Position numbers and translations under genes: made by a program. The notes beneath the pieces are model-generated. The model was not told the origin of the DNA. It ran no database searches and was given only the letters and a program-made list of their open reading frames with translations. Source: a virus. From it: a DNA stretch of 64,000 nucleotides. Below, one piece after another: positions 38,093 to 47,384 of this stretch. Numbering within the stretch: position 1 is the stretch's first letter; every line of letters starts with the position of its first letter. Location of the stretch: the IMG/VR virus record IMGVR_UViG_3300017760_000001, positions 80,436 through 144,435 of that record; one strand, written 5' to 3'.

Positions 38093-38799
38093 AACTTATG
38101 ACTCAAATTTGGGTTAATTTTTTGGAATTTTATTGGACTTGGATATATGTATTGCATTGGTATCACACGATTATTGAAGGTAAAGTCCCCTTGTTCTATC
38201 CCATACTTCTCCACTTTATCCAACAACATCTTAGCGCCCTTAACTGTCAATATATAACCACTTAATCCAGGCGTGATACTCTGACCTTTCCAGTCATTCT
38301 CTTTATTGTATCGCAAAGGATAGTTCGAAGGAAAATCTTGAATCCCTAACCCATGACTATGACTTTTATACCAATCAACTAAGTGCGGATAATTGGCTAG
38401 AACATTTGGTTTTTTAAATGCCCCATCTATGTTTAGAAAACAAAAATACTCAACCCCAGTGTCTTTTGGTGGAGGCGATGTGACCACAACATCATGTTCT
38501 AAGAAAATCATAGATTCATTTTTCTCTATAACATCCTGTGCGAACTTGAGATTATTGAATAAACAAGACTTTTTGGTTCGATACTTTCTCTTCTCTTCTG
38601 GGTTCTTATGATTCTTCATACTCGCCAGTCTACCATTAGGAAGATCTTTCCAAGGAAACTCATCTTCATCTAAAGTATTAGGAGTTACCCCCTCCACGAC
38701 TTCGTAGTCCCATTCATACTTAACTAACGAGTCTACGGTCTTCCGCATACACGCTTCAGAAAGTTCGTGACCTTTGACGTAGATGACTCTTGCTTTCAT
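38089..38799 (-). CDS. Glycosyltransferase family 25-like
   Basis: VEGVTP, KSCLFNN, IFLEHDV, GYILTVKGAKML. Confidence 0.75.
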   Translation of the reverse strand: MKARVIYVKGHELSEACMRKTVDSLVKYEWDYEVVEGVTPNTLDEDEFPWKDLPNGRLASMKNHKNPEEKRKYRTKKSCLFNNLKFAQDVIEKNESMIFLEHDVVVTSPPPKDTGVEYFCFLNIDGAFKKPNVLANYPHLVDWYKSHSHGLGIQDFPSNYPLRYNKENDWKGQSITPGLSGYILTVKGAKMLLDKVEKYGIEQGDFTFNNRVIPMQYIYPSPIKFQKINPNLSHKL

Positions 38800-39062
38800 T
38801 ATGCAATCAACTTGACATGTTCTACATCAACAACCGCACACTTTAAACCATCTAACTCAACCGCCATTGCCTTTGACCAGTCTAGATAGATCTTATCCTT
38901 TGGTGCCAACGCAGCTGCAATGACTTCCTCACCATCACCTGTTGCGATAACTATTGCTGGTTTAGTTCCAGTCGCAATATCACCCGACAAGATAATACCA
39001 CCAGAGGTAGTCTCGTCTGCTTTGTGTTCACTCACTAATACATTATTACCTAATACTCTCAT
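38799..39062 (-). CDS. groES: Co-chaperonin GroES
   Basis: MRVLGNNVLV, ETTSGGIIL mobile loop, VIATGDG. Confidence 0.85.
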   Translation of the reverse strand: MRVLGNNVLVSEHKADETTSGGIILSGDIATGTKPAIVIATGDGEEVIAAALAPKDKIYLDWSKAMAVELDGLKCAVVDVEHVKLIA

Positions 39063-39070
39063 ACCATCCT

Positions 39071-39778
39071 CTAATTTTTATCTGTGTAACGAACGTAGTA
39101 AACCATACTATGATCATATGCGCCGTCAAACGGCATACCTTTACAGAACGCTTTCCATCGTCCTCTCCATCCATCTTTGACTCTTTGCCAGTATGTCATC
39201 TTACGGATATTACCGTAGTAGTTGATATACACAAGTTCTCCATGATGTTTGTAACCCATCAGTACCAACGGAACACTAGTCACGATGTCATTGTTATTTA
39301 CACATCTCGTATGTGGTACTTTTAGGTTCTTAACAAAAGAACATGTTCCCACACGTGGACTACCGAATGTATACAGATGTTTTGTCTGTGATAATCGTGA
39401 AGCGCAGATTGTTGCCATTGCACCACCTAACGAATGTCCACAGATATACAGATCTAACTTACTGTACTTGTTGACGTATTGTAACACATCTTCCCACACC
39501 TTGTCAAGCTCTGTTTTAAATCCAGAGTGTACCCAACCGTCAGTCTCACTCCGTGATGGCCATGCCTTCAGATCAGCAAGAATGTCGGATATCTCTGATG
39601 GTTCAGTACCACGGAAACAGACCGCCATACTCTCCTTGTTGCGTACCAGATGAACTTGTGCGCCATCTATGTCAACGAGTTTGTGTGACGTGAATCCGAG
39701 TTTCTTAAACCCTTTCTTTGCTTCTTTACTATCAAGATACGCAAGTTGCGCCATCTTTGCTGATTTACCGATGTTCAT
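39071..39778 (-). CDS. Class 3 lipase (alpha/beta hydrolase)
   Basis: FRGT, VHSGF, GHSLGG, YTFGSPRVG, NDIV..VP, DHSM..Y; start moved to MNIGK. Confidence 0.9.
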   Translation of the reverse strand: MNIGKSAKMAQLAYLDSKEAKKGFKKLGFTSHKLVDIDGAQVHLVRNKESMAVCFRGTEPSEISDILADLKAWPSRSETDGWVHSGFKTELDKVWEDVLQYVNKYSKLDLYICGHSLGGAMATICASRLSQTKHLYTFGSPRVGTCSFVKNLKVPHTRCVNNNDIVTSVPLVLMGYKHHGELVYINYYGNIRKMTYWQRVKDGWRGRWKAFCKGMPFDGAYDHSMVYYVRYTDKN

Positions 39779-40556
39779 TATTTTTCCTCTTTTCTTTATA
39801 GTTCCTATATAATCCCGCTCCGTTCTCATACGATCTACTTTTAACGTCATATGGTTTAACTAAAACTTGATGCCATCCAAACTCTGAAGGTAGAAGTTGT
39901 TTATCTTTATGTAGTCTATAAACTAACTGTGGATCGAAATGATTTTTATGGTGAATTATTAATTGATCAGATATAATTTCTTCTTTTTGATTTTCACGGA
40001 TCTGATGTAATTTTTTAAAAAAATGTGGGTAAGATCTGTTAGTTGGTGCGCCAAACCCAATAGGGCCCGTAGTACATAACTTTAAAAAATGATTAAAATC
40101 TACACCTTCTTGGACACATATATCCCATCGTGTCCGAATAAAACGGTCATACCCTTTATTTAATTTTTGAACTTTCTCATAAAGGTCAGCATAACCTAAT
40201 ATTTGTTTTGTGCTTGAAAAATGTTTTTGTAGTTTTTTCCGATGATCGTCACTCACCTGTATTTTTCCACTACCATCATCTTTACGATAACCAGCATCAT
40301 AATCTATGAACTGTTGACGCCAGCTCTTATACTTAATATTTGAAGGTGGATCAGGATCTAACATCGCATTATAGTGAATAATCGGTTCGGGGCATGATTC
40401 AACATTCAAATAATCAGGAACTAGATATTTATATTCGTCCCAAGTGTGAAGATAAAGATCTATATCTGGAAACGCTTCTAATAGTTCATTAAGAACAACG
40501 TGGATCTTGACACACTGTGGTCGGTAAACGCCATTAATCAATATTGCGGTTTTCAT
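39765..40556 (-). CDS. Putative glycosyltransferase-like protein, tandem paralog 4
   Basis: MKTAILING.YR, HTW, KQILGY, IRTRWD, DQLIIH, EFGWHQVL. Confidence 0.6.
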   Translation of the reverse strand: MKTAILINGVYRPQCVKIHVVLNELLEAFPDIDLYLHTWDEYKYLVPDYLNVESCPEPIIHYNAMLDPDPPSNIKYKSWRQQFIDYDAGYRKDDGSGKIQVSDDHRKKLQKHFSSTKQILGYADLYEKVQKLNKGYDRFIRTRWDICVQEGVDFNHFLKLCTTGPIGFGAPTNRSYPHFFKKLHQIRENQKEEIISDQLIIHHKNHFDPQLVYRLHKDKQLLPSEFGWHQVLVKPYDVKSRSYENGAGLYRNYKEKRKNNEHR

Positions 40557-41361
40557 GACCCTTCCTTTGCATTTTTATAAATTCTCTTTGTCCAAGATTT
40601 TGAAATATTCCCGCTCCGCCAAAATACATTTTAGGGTTATTTTTATATGCTTTAATCATAACTTGATACCATCCCCATTCAACAGGCAGAAGTTGTTTAT
40701 CTTTATGTAGTCTATAAACTAACTGTGGATCAAAATGATCTTCATGATGAATTATTAATTGATCAACAAAAAATTCGTGAAAATGTTTATCTTTTGTAAG
40801 ATCCCTTAGAGATTTAAAAAAATGTGGGTAAGATCTGTTAGCTGGTACGGCAAACCCAATAGGGCCCATCTCACACCGCCTTAGAAAAGTAGTAAAATCT
40901 GCACTTTCTTGAATACATACATCCCATCGTGTCCGAATAAAACGATCGTATCCTTTATTTAATTTTCTCACTTTCTCATAAAGGTCAGCATAACCTAATA
41001 TTTGTTTTGTACCAGAATATCGATACTTCGCAAAATTTTTCAATCTTCTTGTTGAAATATTTACTTTTCCACTACCATCATCTTTACGATAACCATCTTC
41101 GTAATACTTTATCTGTTGACGCCAATGATTATACCTTTCATTAGAGATATCTACATCAGGGTCTACCATTGCATCATAATCAATAATTGGTTCGGGACAT
41201 GATTTAACATTCAAATAACGAGGGACAAGATGTTTATGTTCGTCCCAAGTGTGAAAATACACATCAATGTCTGGAAATTTTTCTAGTATTTGGTTAAGGA
41301 CAAAATGAATCTTCACATATTCTGGCCGATAGACGCCATTAATCAATATTGCGGTTTTCAT
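40534..41361 (-). CDS. Putative glycosyltransferase-like protein, tandem paralog 3
   Basis: Same motifs; long identical DNA stretches shared with 39765-40556. Confidence 0.6.
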   Translation of the reverse strand: MKTAILINGVYRPEYVKIHFVLNQILEKFPDIDVYFHTWDEHKHLVPRYLNVKSCPEPIIDYDAMVDPDVDISNERYNHWRQQIKYYEDGYRKDDGSGKVNISTRRLKNFAKYRYSGTKQILGYADLYEKVRKLNKGYDRFIRTRWDVCIQESADFTTFLRRCEMGPIGFAVPANRSYPHFFKSLRDLTKDKHFHEFFVDQLIIHHEDHFDPQLVYRLHKDKQLLPVEWGWYQVMIKAYKNNPKMYFGGAGIFQNLGQREFIKMQRKGHENRNID

Positions 41362-42134
41362 TTTTTCTTTGACTCCAAAATATACCGTTCGATTGTTGCT
41401 CCTCCATAATAACAAAGATGGTTGTCTCCATATGGTTCACTCAACACTTGATACCAACCAATCCCACCTATCTGCAACTTACGATTTTTGTGCAATTTCC
41501 AAACAAGGTTACTGTTCCAAAGTTTTCTTGGGTGAATGATAAGTTGATCCTGTAATCTAAACGCCCAATCTAAAGTCTGTTCGTTACTAACTGTAGGATT
41601 ATTTGTTGTTATTTCTACCAACCCATCAAATGAAAAGTTACCATGACGTTTCTTAACCTTGTCTCTGTTTCTAACAGCAGATCCATCAAATCCTATCGCC
41701 CTATTTTCGTCAAAGGATTTCTTTACAAGTTTTGACCAGTCGATTTTTTCAGAAACTACGGTATCCCATCTAGCCCTAATTATAATATCATAATCTGACG
41801 TAACTCTTCTGATCAGTTGATCATGGTATAATATCTGTACTGTTTGTTTTGCAGTTAATTCTCGAAATCTAGTTGTAAAGGATCCTTTTCCACTAAGCCA
41901 GTTTTTTGATCTTTCACGTGATTCATGAATTGGATACGGATCGACATCAATTGCTGGATGATAGTGCATTTTTGGAACAAAGTCTTCTGGTTCATGATCA
42001 ACATCAACACCATATTTTTTAGCGTTCCAAGCAGAGGTGTATATGTCAGCGTCAGGAAAACATCGTCTTAATCTATCTTTATTGTCGTTCCAGTTACCTC
42101 GAATTTCACCACTTATGAGTAATGCTACTTTCAT
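41358..42134 (-). CDS. Putative glycosyltransferase-like protein, tandem paralog 2
   Basis: MKVALLISGEIR, QILY, IIRARWD, DQLIIHP, GWYQVLSEPY. Confidence 0.6.
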   Translation of the reverse strand: MKVALLISGEIRGNWNDNKDRLRRCFPDADIYTSAWNAKKYGVDVDHEPEDFVPKMHYHPAIDVDPYPIHESRERSKNWLSGKGSFTTRFRELTAKQTVQILYHDQLIRRVTSDYDIIIRARWDTVVSEKIDWSKLVKKSFDENRAIGFDGSAVRNRDKVKKRHGNFSFDGLVEITTNNPTVSNEQTLDWAFRLQDQLIIHPRKLWNSNLVWKLHKNRKLQIGGIGWYQVLSEPYGDNHLCYYGGATIERYILESKKK

Positions 42135-42890
42135 CTATTGTTTCACGAATCTTTCAACATGTGCGCCACCATAGTAACACACATGACTTTCTTCGTATGG
42201 TTCACTGAGTATTTGATACCAACCATACTCTGCGCTTTTCAACTGTTTGTTGTTGTGTAGATCCCAAACTCTTTTAGAATCCCACAACTTTCTTGGATGA
42301 ATTATTAATGGATCCATTAGATAGTATGCCCAATCATTAGTTATCTCAACTGGGTCAAAGTGTTTAGCAGCTGGTTTATCAACTGGAGGATAGTACCTAG
42401 GCAACTCTTTTAATCTGTTAATGCCATGTTTCCAACGAGTGTCTCTAGTTCCAAACCCGATAGCAACATTCTCTTCATATGATTTCTTTATCAAACTTGT
42501 CCAGTCGATCGATGGGTCTAAAGAAATATAAGTGTCAAACCTCATACGAACACACATGTCGTACTCGTCACTAATTTCATTCAAGAGTTTATCGTAACCC
42601 AAAATCTGCATTGTTCTATACTGAGCTTGTTTTTTTGAAGTCGGGTTTGATCCATTGGCCATGGTTTGTTTATATTGTACATCTTTCCATTTAGGAAAAG
42701 GTTCAGTATCTAAAACTGGATGATAATTTATAGACGGCTGATCATGCACAAAGTCTACAATGTCATCATTGCCTTCGCCTGACCAAGTAGAGGTAAATAC
42801 ATCAGCATCAGGAAATCTGCCATGCACTCTTTTTATATTTCTTTTCCATTCTCCTCTGACTTGACCGTTTACTAATATCGCAGTCTTCAT
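42135..42890 (-). CDS. Putative glycosyltransferase-like protein, tandem paralog 1
   Basis: MKTAILVNGQVR, QILGY, VRMRFD, DPLIIHP, EYGWYQILSEPY. Confidence 0.6.
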   Translation of the reverse strand: MKTAILVNGQVRGEWKRNIKRVHGRFPDADVFTSTWSGEGNDDIVDFVHDQPSINYHPVLDTEPFPKWKDVQYKQTMANGSNPTSKKQAQYRTMQILGYDKLLNEISDEYDMCVRMRFDTYISLDPSIDWTSLIKKSYEENVAIGFGTRDTRWKHGINRLKELPRYYPPVDKPAAKHFDPVEITNDWAYYLMDPLIIHPRKLWDSKRVWDLHNNKQLKSAEYGWYQILSEPYEESHVCYYGGAHVERFVKQ

Positions 42891-42892
42891 TT

Positions 42893-44242
42893 TTAACCTT
42901 TGAAATTTTCTAAGAAGTATGTTAGATCTTCGGGTGTACCTAGACCCCACATCTTAGATGCATTGTGAGTATAAATTCTTTTCTCACCCTCTATCGCTTG
43001 ATTGAATACTGGACAAACATAGAACTCATTATTTACTCGGACATCTCTTTCGATCATCTGTTCTGCATAGTGAACAAAATCCTTACCGTTCTTCCAGTAA
43101 TAATAACCAACAGTCGCAAGGTTACTGATAGGATTCTTCTCTGCCACCTCAGTAACACAACCAGACTCGTCTATTTTAGCGAAAGACCATTTTGGGTGTG
43201 TCGCCTCAAAGGTGACGATACCACCGTCAGCATCTTTCTCGTTCATCGCATACATGAACTCCATGACATCCCACTCAACATACTGATCAGAGTTTGCGAA
43301 GAACAACGGATTATCATTGTCGATATACTCTTTCGCAAGAAGTGCGGTACATGCAGCTCCTTCAGTTATACCATCAACCTCAACAATCTTACAGTCAGGC
43401 GCAATTAGATTCAACATGGTGTCAAGGTTATATTGTTCACGATGTTCTTTCTGTACAACAAAGATATAGTTCGCATCAAAACCAAGATTCTCCACAACAG
43501 TTTGGATCATTGGTTTTCCGTTGACATCGATCAACGGTTTAGGAAAAGTGTAACCCGCCTCTGCGAATCTACTTCCAGCGCCTGCCATAGGGATAAGAAC
43601 ATTGAGTTTCTCGTTCTTCCACTTTTTCATAATAGGTTTACCTTCTATTTTTGGAATGATATTATCTATAGTTGTTTTATATGGGTTATCCACACGAATA
43701 TAGTTTGCTCGTGATCTCTGTGCGGATAACAATCCTGGCGGACTGTCTTCTACAATTATGGTCTCTTCAGGTAACGTTCCCATCATTGACATCGCTTTCC
43801 AGTAGATCTCAGGATGTGGTTTACTATTCTTTACGTCCTCATTAGAAAGAATCACCGAACAGTGTTTTATGAGTTTAGCTTGTGCAAGTGACGTAACTAC
43901 TGTTCGCCTAATAGAATTAGAACACACACCGATCTTGTAACCTTGATCCTCTAGTTCTTGGAACAGATCACAAATATGTTCTATAGGTTCTTGATTTGAT
44001 AATAAGTCTCTTGTTATCTCTTGTTTCTTCTCACTAATCTCCGAGTGAAGTGTTGGGTCTAGTCCTTTTCTTTTGGTCAACATCTCCAACTTCTGTAGAG
44101 TCTTTAGACCATCATATGTCGCTAGATGTTCTTCTTCCGTGATTGCGTACTCAGGGCCTAATGCCTTATTCAACGCAACGAAGTGTATATTCTTCGCATC
44201 AATCAGAACACCATCTAAATCGAAAAGGACTAACTTAATCAC
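42893..44242 (-). CDS. HAD phosphatase/phosphomutase fused to sugar-phosphate nucleotidyltransferase (BcbE-like)
   Basis: FDLDGVL, KPHPEIY, VEDS (HAD); IPMAGAGSRF..AGY..PKPLI, EGAACT, EK.PIS, GLGTPEDL (NTP transferase); GTG start. Confidence 0.88.
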   Translation of the reverse strand: MIKLVLFDLDGVLIDAKNIHFVALNKALGPEYAITEEEHLATYDGLKTLQKLEMLTKRKGLDPTLHSEISEKKQEITRDLLSNQEPIEHICDLFQELEDQGYKIGVCSNSIRRTVVTSLAQAKLIKHCSVILSNEDVKNSKPHPEIYWKAMSMMGTLPEETIIVEDSPPGLLSAQRSRANYIRVDNPYKTTIDNIIPKIEGKPIMKKWKNEKLNVLIPMAGAGSRFAEAGYTFPKPLIDVNGKPMIQTVVENLGFDANYIFVVQKEHREQYNLDTMLNLIAPDCKIVEVDGITEGAACTALLAKEYIDNDNPLFFANSDQYVEWDVMEFMYAMNEKDADGGIVTFEATHPKWSFAKIDESGCVTEVAEKNPISNLATVGYYYWKNGKDFVHYAEQMIERDVRVNNEFYVCPVFNQAIEGEKRIYTHNASKMWGLGTPEDLTYFLENFKG

Positions 44243-44832
44243 TATAGATCCCAACTTATGGAAGGACGTGTATCGCCCTTACCGTTCCAATGTATCGAAC
44301 ATCCACACTCTTCAATGATGGGAATGATCGCCTTTAAATTCTTTACGCCTTCTTTGTCACCGTTAAAACAGAAAGTCGATTCGTTCTGCATCTCTGGTGG
44401 GAAACAAACAAACGAACCCTCTTTAATTAATCCTTCAGGTTCATTCTCTAGAACAGATTCCACACCATACTTCTTGGCGACTTCTAACATGGCACCTTTT
44501 TGACCATCTTCTTCTGCCCACTGAGCTTCTTCTAACTCCTCAAAGAAATCATCTTCTCCTTCTTCAAGTAACTCAGACTGCATAAACTCTTCGTGTACAT
44601 CATACTCACAATCCTGTGAATGATTGAACAGTACCTTGGCGAGATCAACGTCTTTGTATTCTATCTTGTTACCGTCTTTGTCTTCACGAATCAGGTATCC
44701 ATCTTTGTCGTACTGCGGATCAAAGTAATCAGGTACATCCATCCACGCACATGATTGACAACAGTAGTGCGCCCATCCCACGTACCATCCTTCTTCTTTA
44801 AGTCTTGCTTGTAACTTTCTAAAACCGTTCAT
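44242..44832 (-). CDS. Hypothetical acidic protein with CCQSC motif
   Basis: Has its own early promoter and SD. Confidence 0.65.
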   Translation of the reverse strand: MNGFRKLQARLKEEGWYVGWAHYCCQSCAWMDVPDYFDPQYDKDGYLIREDKDGNKIEYKDVDLAKVLFNHSQDCEYDVHEEFMQSELLEEGEDDFFEELEEAQWAEEDGQKGAMLEVAKKYGVESVLENEPEGLIKEGSFVCFPPEMQNESTFCFNGDKEGVKNLKAIIPIIEECGCSIHWNGKGDTRPSISWDL

Positions 44833-44859
44833 AATATATTCCTCTCGTAGTTAATGTGT

Positions 44860-44888
44860 ATTATAACACACTGGCGATTATTTGTCAA
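44860..44888 (-). promoter_or_regulatory. Early promoter TTGACA-N17-TATAAT (extended -10)
   Basis: TTGACA-aataatcgccagtgtgt-TATAAT. Confidence 0.8.
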
Positions 44889-45669
44889 TCGCTTTCATTA
44901 GTTCCCCTACGTTCTCACCGTTGTTAGGTAACTTACTCTTGAGAAAGAAATGAACAAAGTGACATTCTTTGATGTTGTTGACTGCACTGAACAGTCCGTT
45001 CCACTTACCACTCAAATGCTTGGTAGGGACTTTATATTTCTTCAGAAAGAAGTTCAGTAGTGTCTGGTCAGTACTCCACTTCCAGTTACCCATACCATCA
45101 ACAAACTCTTTGAACTCTGACCGTTGGATAAACTGTTTACCTGTCTGACCTTTCAGGAATGGTTTGAACTTCTCGACATTGATCACAATCATACCCATGT
45201 TGAAGTATTCGAACCCTAGTTGATTTGGTTTAAAATCTAGTTTCTCAGAATGCAGATTGTTGTACTGCATCGAACTGTAGTTTCTGATCTTCTGGGCATA
45301 GGTGGGGGTGACATCCATCTCACGTTCAGCAACAGCTCCATACGCACAGTTACAATCAAAGTCTTCTAGAATATTTGGTGCATCTTCACGGATGTAGATA
45401 TCCGCATCAACAATCAATAGACGATCATAACCGTCCATCATGTCGAACGCATTCTCTTTCTCGTAGATGGGTAGGTAACCGCCATACTTCATGTATGACT
45501 CTGTACTGCGATTGGAAAAGAACGGATCAGGACGAATCATCATCTTGGGGGTGGTTTGGACGTGGTGGTCGAAACCATACTTCTCACAATACTGTTTAAC
45601 ACTCTCTATACAATGGTTGTATAACTTAGAGGGTTTACTCACCGATACTTGATATACTAATGTTTTCAT
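44878..45669 (-). CDS. GT-A fold glycosyltransferase (GT8/GT34-like)
   Basis: YCEKYGFDH, LLIVDADIYI, YFNMGMIV, TDQTLLN, FVHFF. Confidence 0.8.
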   Translation of the reverse strand: MKTLVYQVSVSKPSKLYNHCIESVKQYCEKYGFDHHVQTTPKMMIRPDPFFSNRSTESYMKYGGYLPIYEKENAFDMMDGYDRLLIVDADIYIREDAPNILEDFDCNCAYGAVAEREMDVTPTYAQKIRNYSSMQYNNLHSEKLDFKPNQLGFEYFNMGMIVINVEKFKPFLKGQTGKQFIQRSEFKEFVDGMGNWKWSTDQTLLNFFLKKYKVPTKHLSGKWNGLFSAVNNIKECHFVHFFLKSKLPNNGENVGELMKAIDK

Positions 45670-45674
45670 AATAT

Positions 45675-47384
45675 TTAAATTCCCAAACGCCTACAATATT
45701 TTATAAATTTTTCATCTGATATAATATTTCTTTTAATAGCCACTAACAAATCAACATTCTTATGTTGTCTTTTGTTACAGAAAATTTGATGCCAACCAAA
45801 CTCACATGGGTACAACTTTTTTTCTTCATACATTTTAGAAACATCAATGTCTTCCATATCACTTTTTTTGAAAATGATCATCATATCCGATAAAAAATTA
45901 TTCCAAATAGGATGATTCGTGCGACCTCCTTCACTTAAAGTGTCCTCGCCAATTACACAGTAGAAAGGACTATCTATATAATGTTTATAGATGTCTCTTT
46001 TCTTTTTAACTCTTTTACACCACTCATCCCAGTTTTTTCTTGCGTCTATTCCCCTAAAACTAACACTGAGTTTACTGTTGCTTGATCTTCTAGTAGGGGA
46101 AGATAACCCTATAACACTATCATCTGCCAACGCATACAGTTCTTTTAACGGAAGATTGTCATTAAAATATATGTCCCATCGAGTTTTAACGTAATAGTCG
46201 TAATCTTTGGGAATACGTTTCCATTGTTCCCAAAACGACAGTTGTTGATTACAAGCAGAAGTGTGAGAATGGACTTTTTGTTTTTTACCACTTTGTTCGA
46301 ATCTGATCAGTCCAAGCCAGTATTTTTCGTCTATTTCCTCATTTACCAAACTATATGGATTGTAAGAACATTTTGGTGGTGGTTTTACAAACTCAACTTT
46401 TATTTTGTCGCCGACCGCTTCGTAAACAAGTTTTCTTTGTTCTGGTGTGTCCCATGTCTGCCAGTATATGTCACAACCTTGAAATTTCATCCGTAATCTT
46501 TGTACCGAGTCCTTAATTTGATCTGTGCTGATGTACTTTGGAATCATCCCATTTACCATTACAGCAACTTTTTTTGCAACTCGAAATTTTTCATGATGTA
46601 CTGTGGCGTATACCGCATTTTCTTTTTTAGAAACATCTAAAACATACTTAGAGTTTGACCATCTCTCATTGTCATAAAATAAACTATGACGGTCTTTTCT
46701 GATATGATTTAATTTATAAACCATAGACCCAATTGCAAAACATAATCTATTTTGTAAGGAAGGATCTTTCCATATCAAATGTAACAAAATTCTCGTCAAA
46801 TATCCATCAATATTTTTTAATTTACTAACCTCACCATTTTCACTGATTCTAATTGGGTCAGATAAACTAAAGTTTTCGATGACAGATAATATCTTGTTTA
46901 TTATATAGGGAGTGTAATAACTACAATGAACCGTTGCTTCTCCAAACTGATAGAACTCAAACAATTGCATGTCAGGCAATTCGTTAGTGATCACCATGTC
47001 ATGATCCACCACTATATGTGGGCAATTTCTCTTGGAAATAAGTTTCCAAACCTCTACGTGAGAATAGTAAACTGATTTTGCGGTATCTGATATAACTCTA
47101 TTATAAAACTTACCGTCCGATCCTTTCAACGGTTTGTAACGTTCACTCGGTTCTGTAAGTTTCAGTCCAAGATCTATAGCCTGTTTAGATATATACTCTA
47201 ATTTGTGTGGCAATAGTTCATTACCAAAATCCAAATAATTATACTTTTCCAAATCATTTGGTGTTATTGCATCAAAAAACTCAGTTACGTAACCAAACTT
47301 TTCCCAAGAATCTCTGGTTATCTTTGAAAGTTTATCGGATTTTGGATCGTTCTTGTCACGTATAATGATTACTGGTAAAGTCAT
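45675..47384 (-). CDS. Two-domain protein: GT25-like N-terminus plus MKTAIL-family C-terminus
   Basis: FFDAITP, VYYSHVEVW, VVDHD; then VAVMVNG, WQTWD, VKTRWD, EFGWHQI. Confidence 0.6.
   Translation of the reverse strand: MTLPVIIIRDKNDPKSDKLSKITRDSWEKFGYVTEFFDAITPNDLEKYNYLDFGNELLPHKLEYISKQAIDLGLKLTEPSERYKPLKGSDGKFYNRVISDTAKSVYYSHVEVWKLISKRNCPHIVVDHDMVITNELPDMQLFEFYQFGEATVHCSYYTPYIINKILSVIENFSLSDPIRISENGEVSKLKNIDGYLTRILLHLIWKDPSLQNRLCFAIGSMVYKLNHIRKDRHSLFYDNERWSNSKYVLDVSKKENAVYATVHHEKFRVAKKVAVMVNGMIPKYISTDQIKDSVQRLRMKFQGCDIYWQTWDTPEQRKLVYEAVGDKIKVEFVKPPPKCSYNPYSLVNEEIDEKYWLGLIRFEQSGKKQKVHSHTSACNQQLSFWEQWKRIPKDYDYYVKTRWDIYFNDNLPLKELYALADDSVIGLSSPTRRSSNSKLSVSFRGIDARKNWDEWCKRVKKKRDIYKHYIDSPFYCVIGEDTLSEGGRTNHPIWNNFLSDMMIIFKKSDMEDIDVSKMYEEKKLYPCEFGWHQIFCNKRQHKNVDLLVAIKRNIISDEKFIKYCRRLGI

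Noticed and set aside
39765-41361. Near-identical repeats as a DGR template/variable pair
   Set aside because: They are whole-gene duplicates, the differences are not adenine-specific, and no reverse transcriptase is present.
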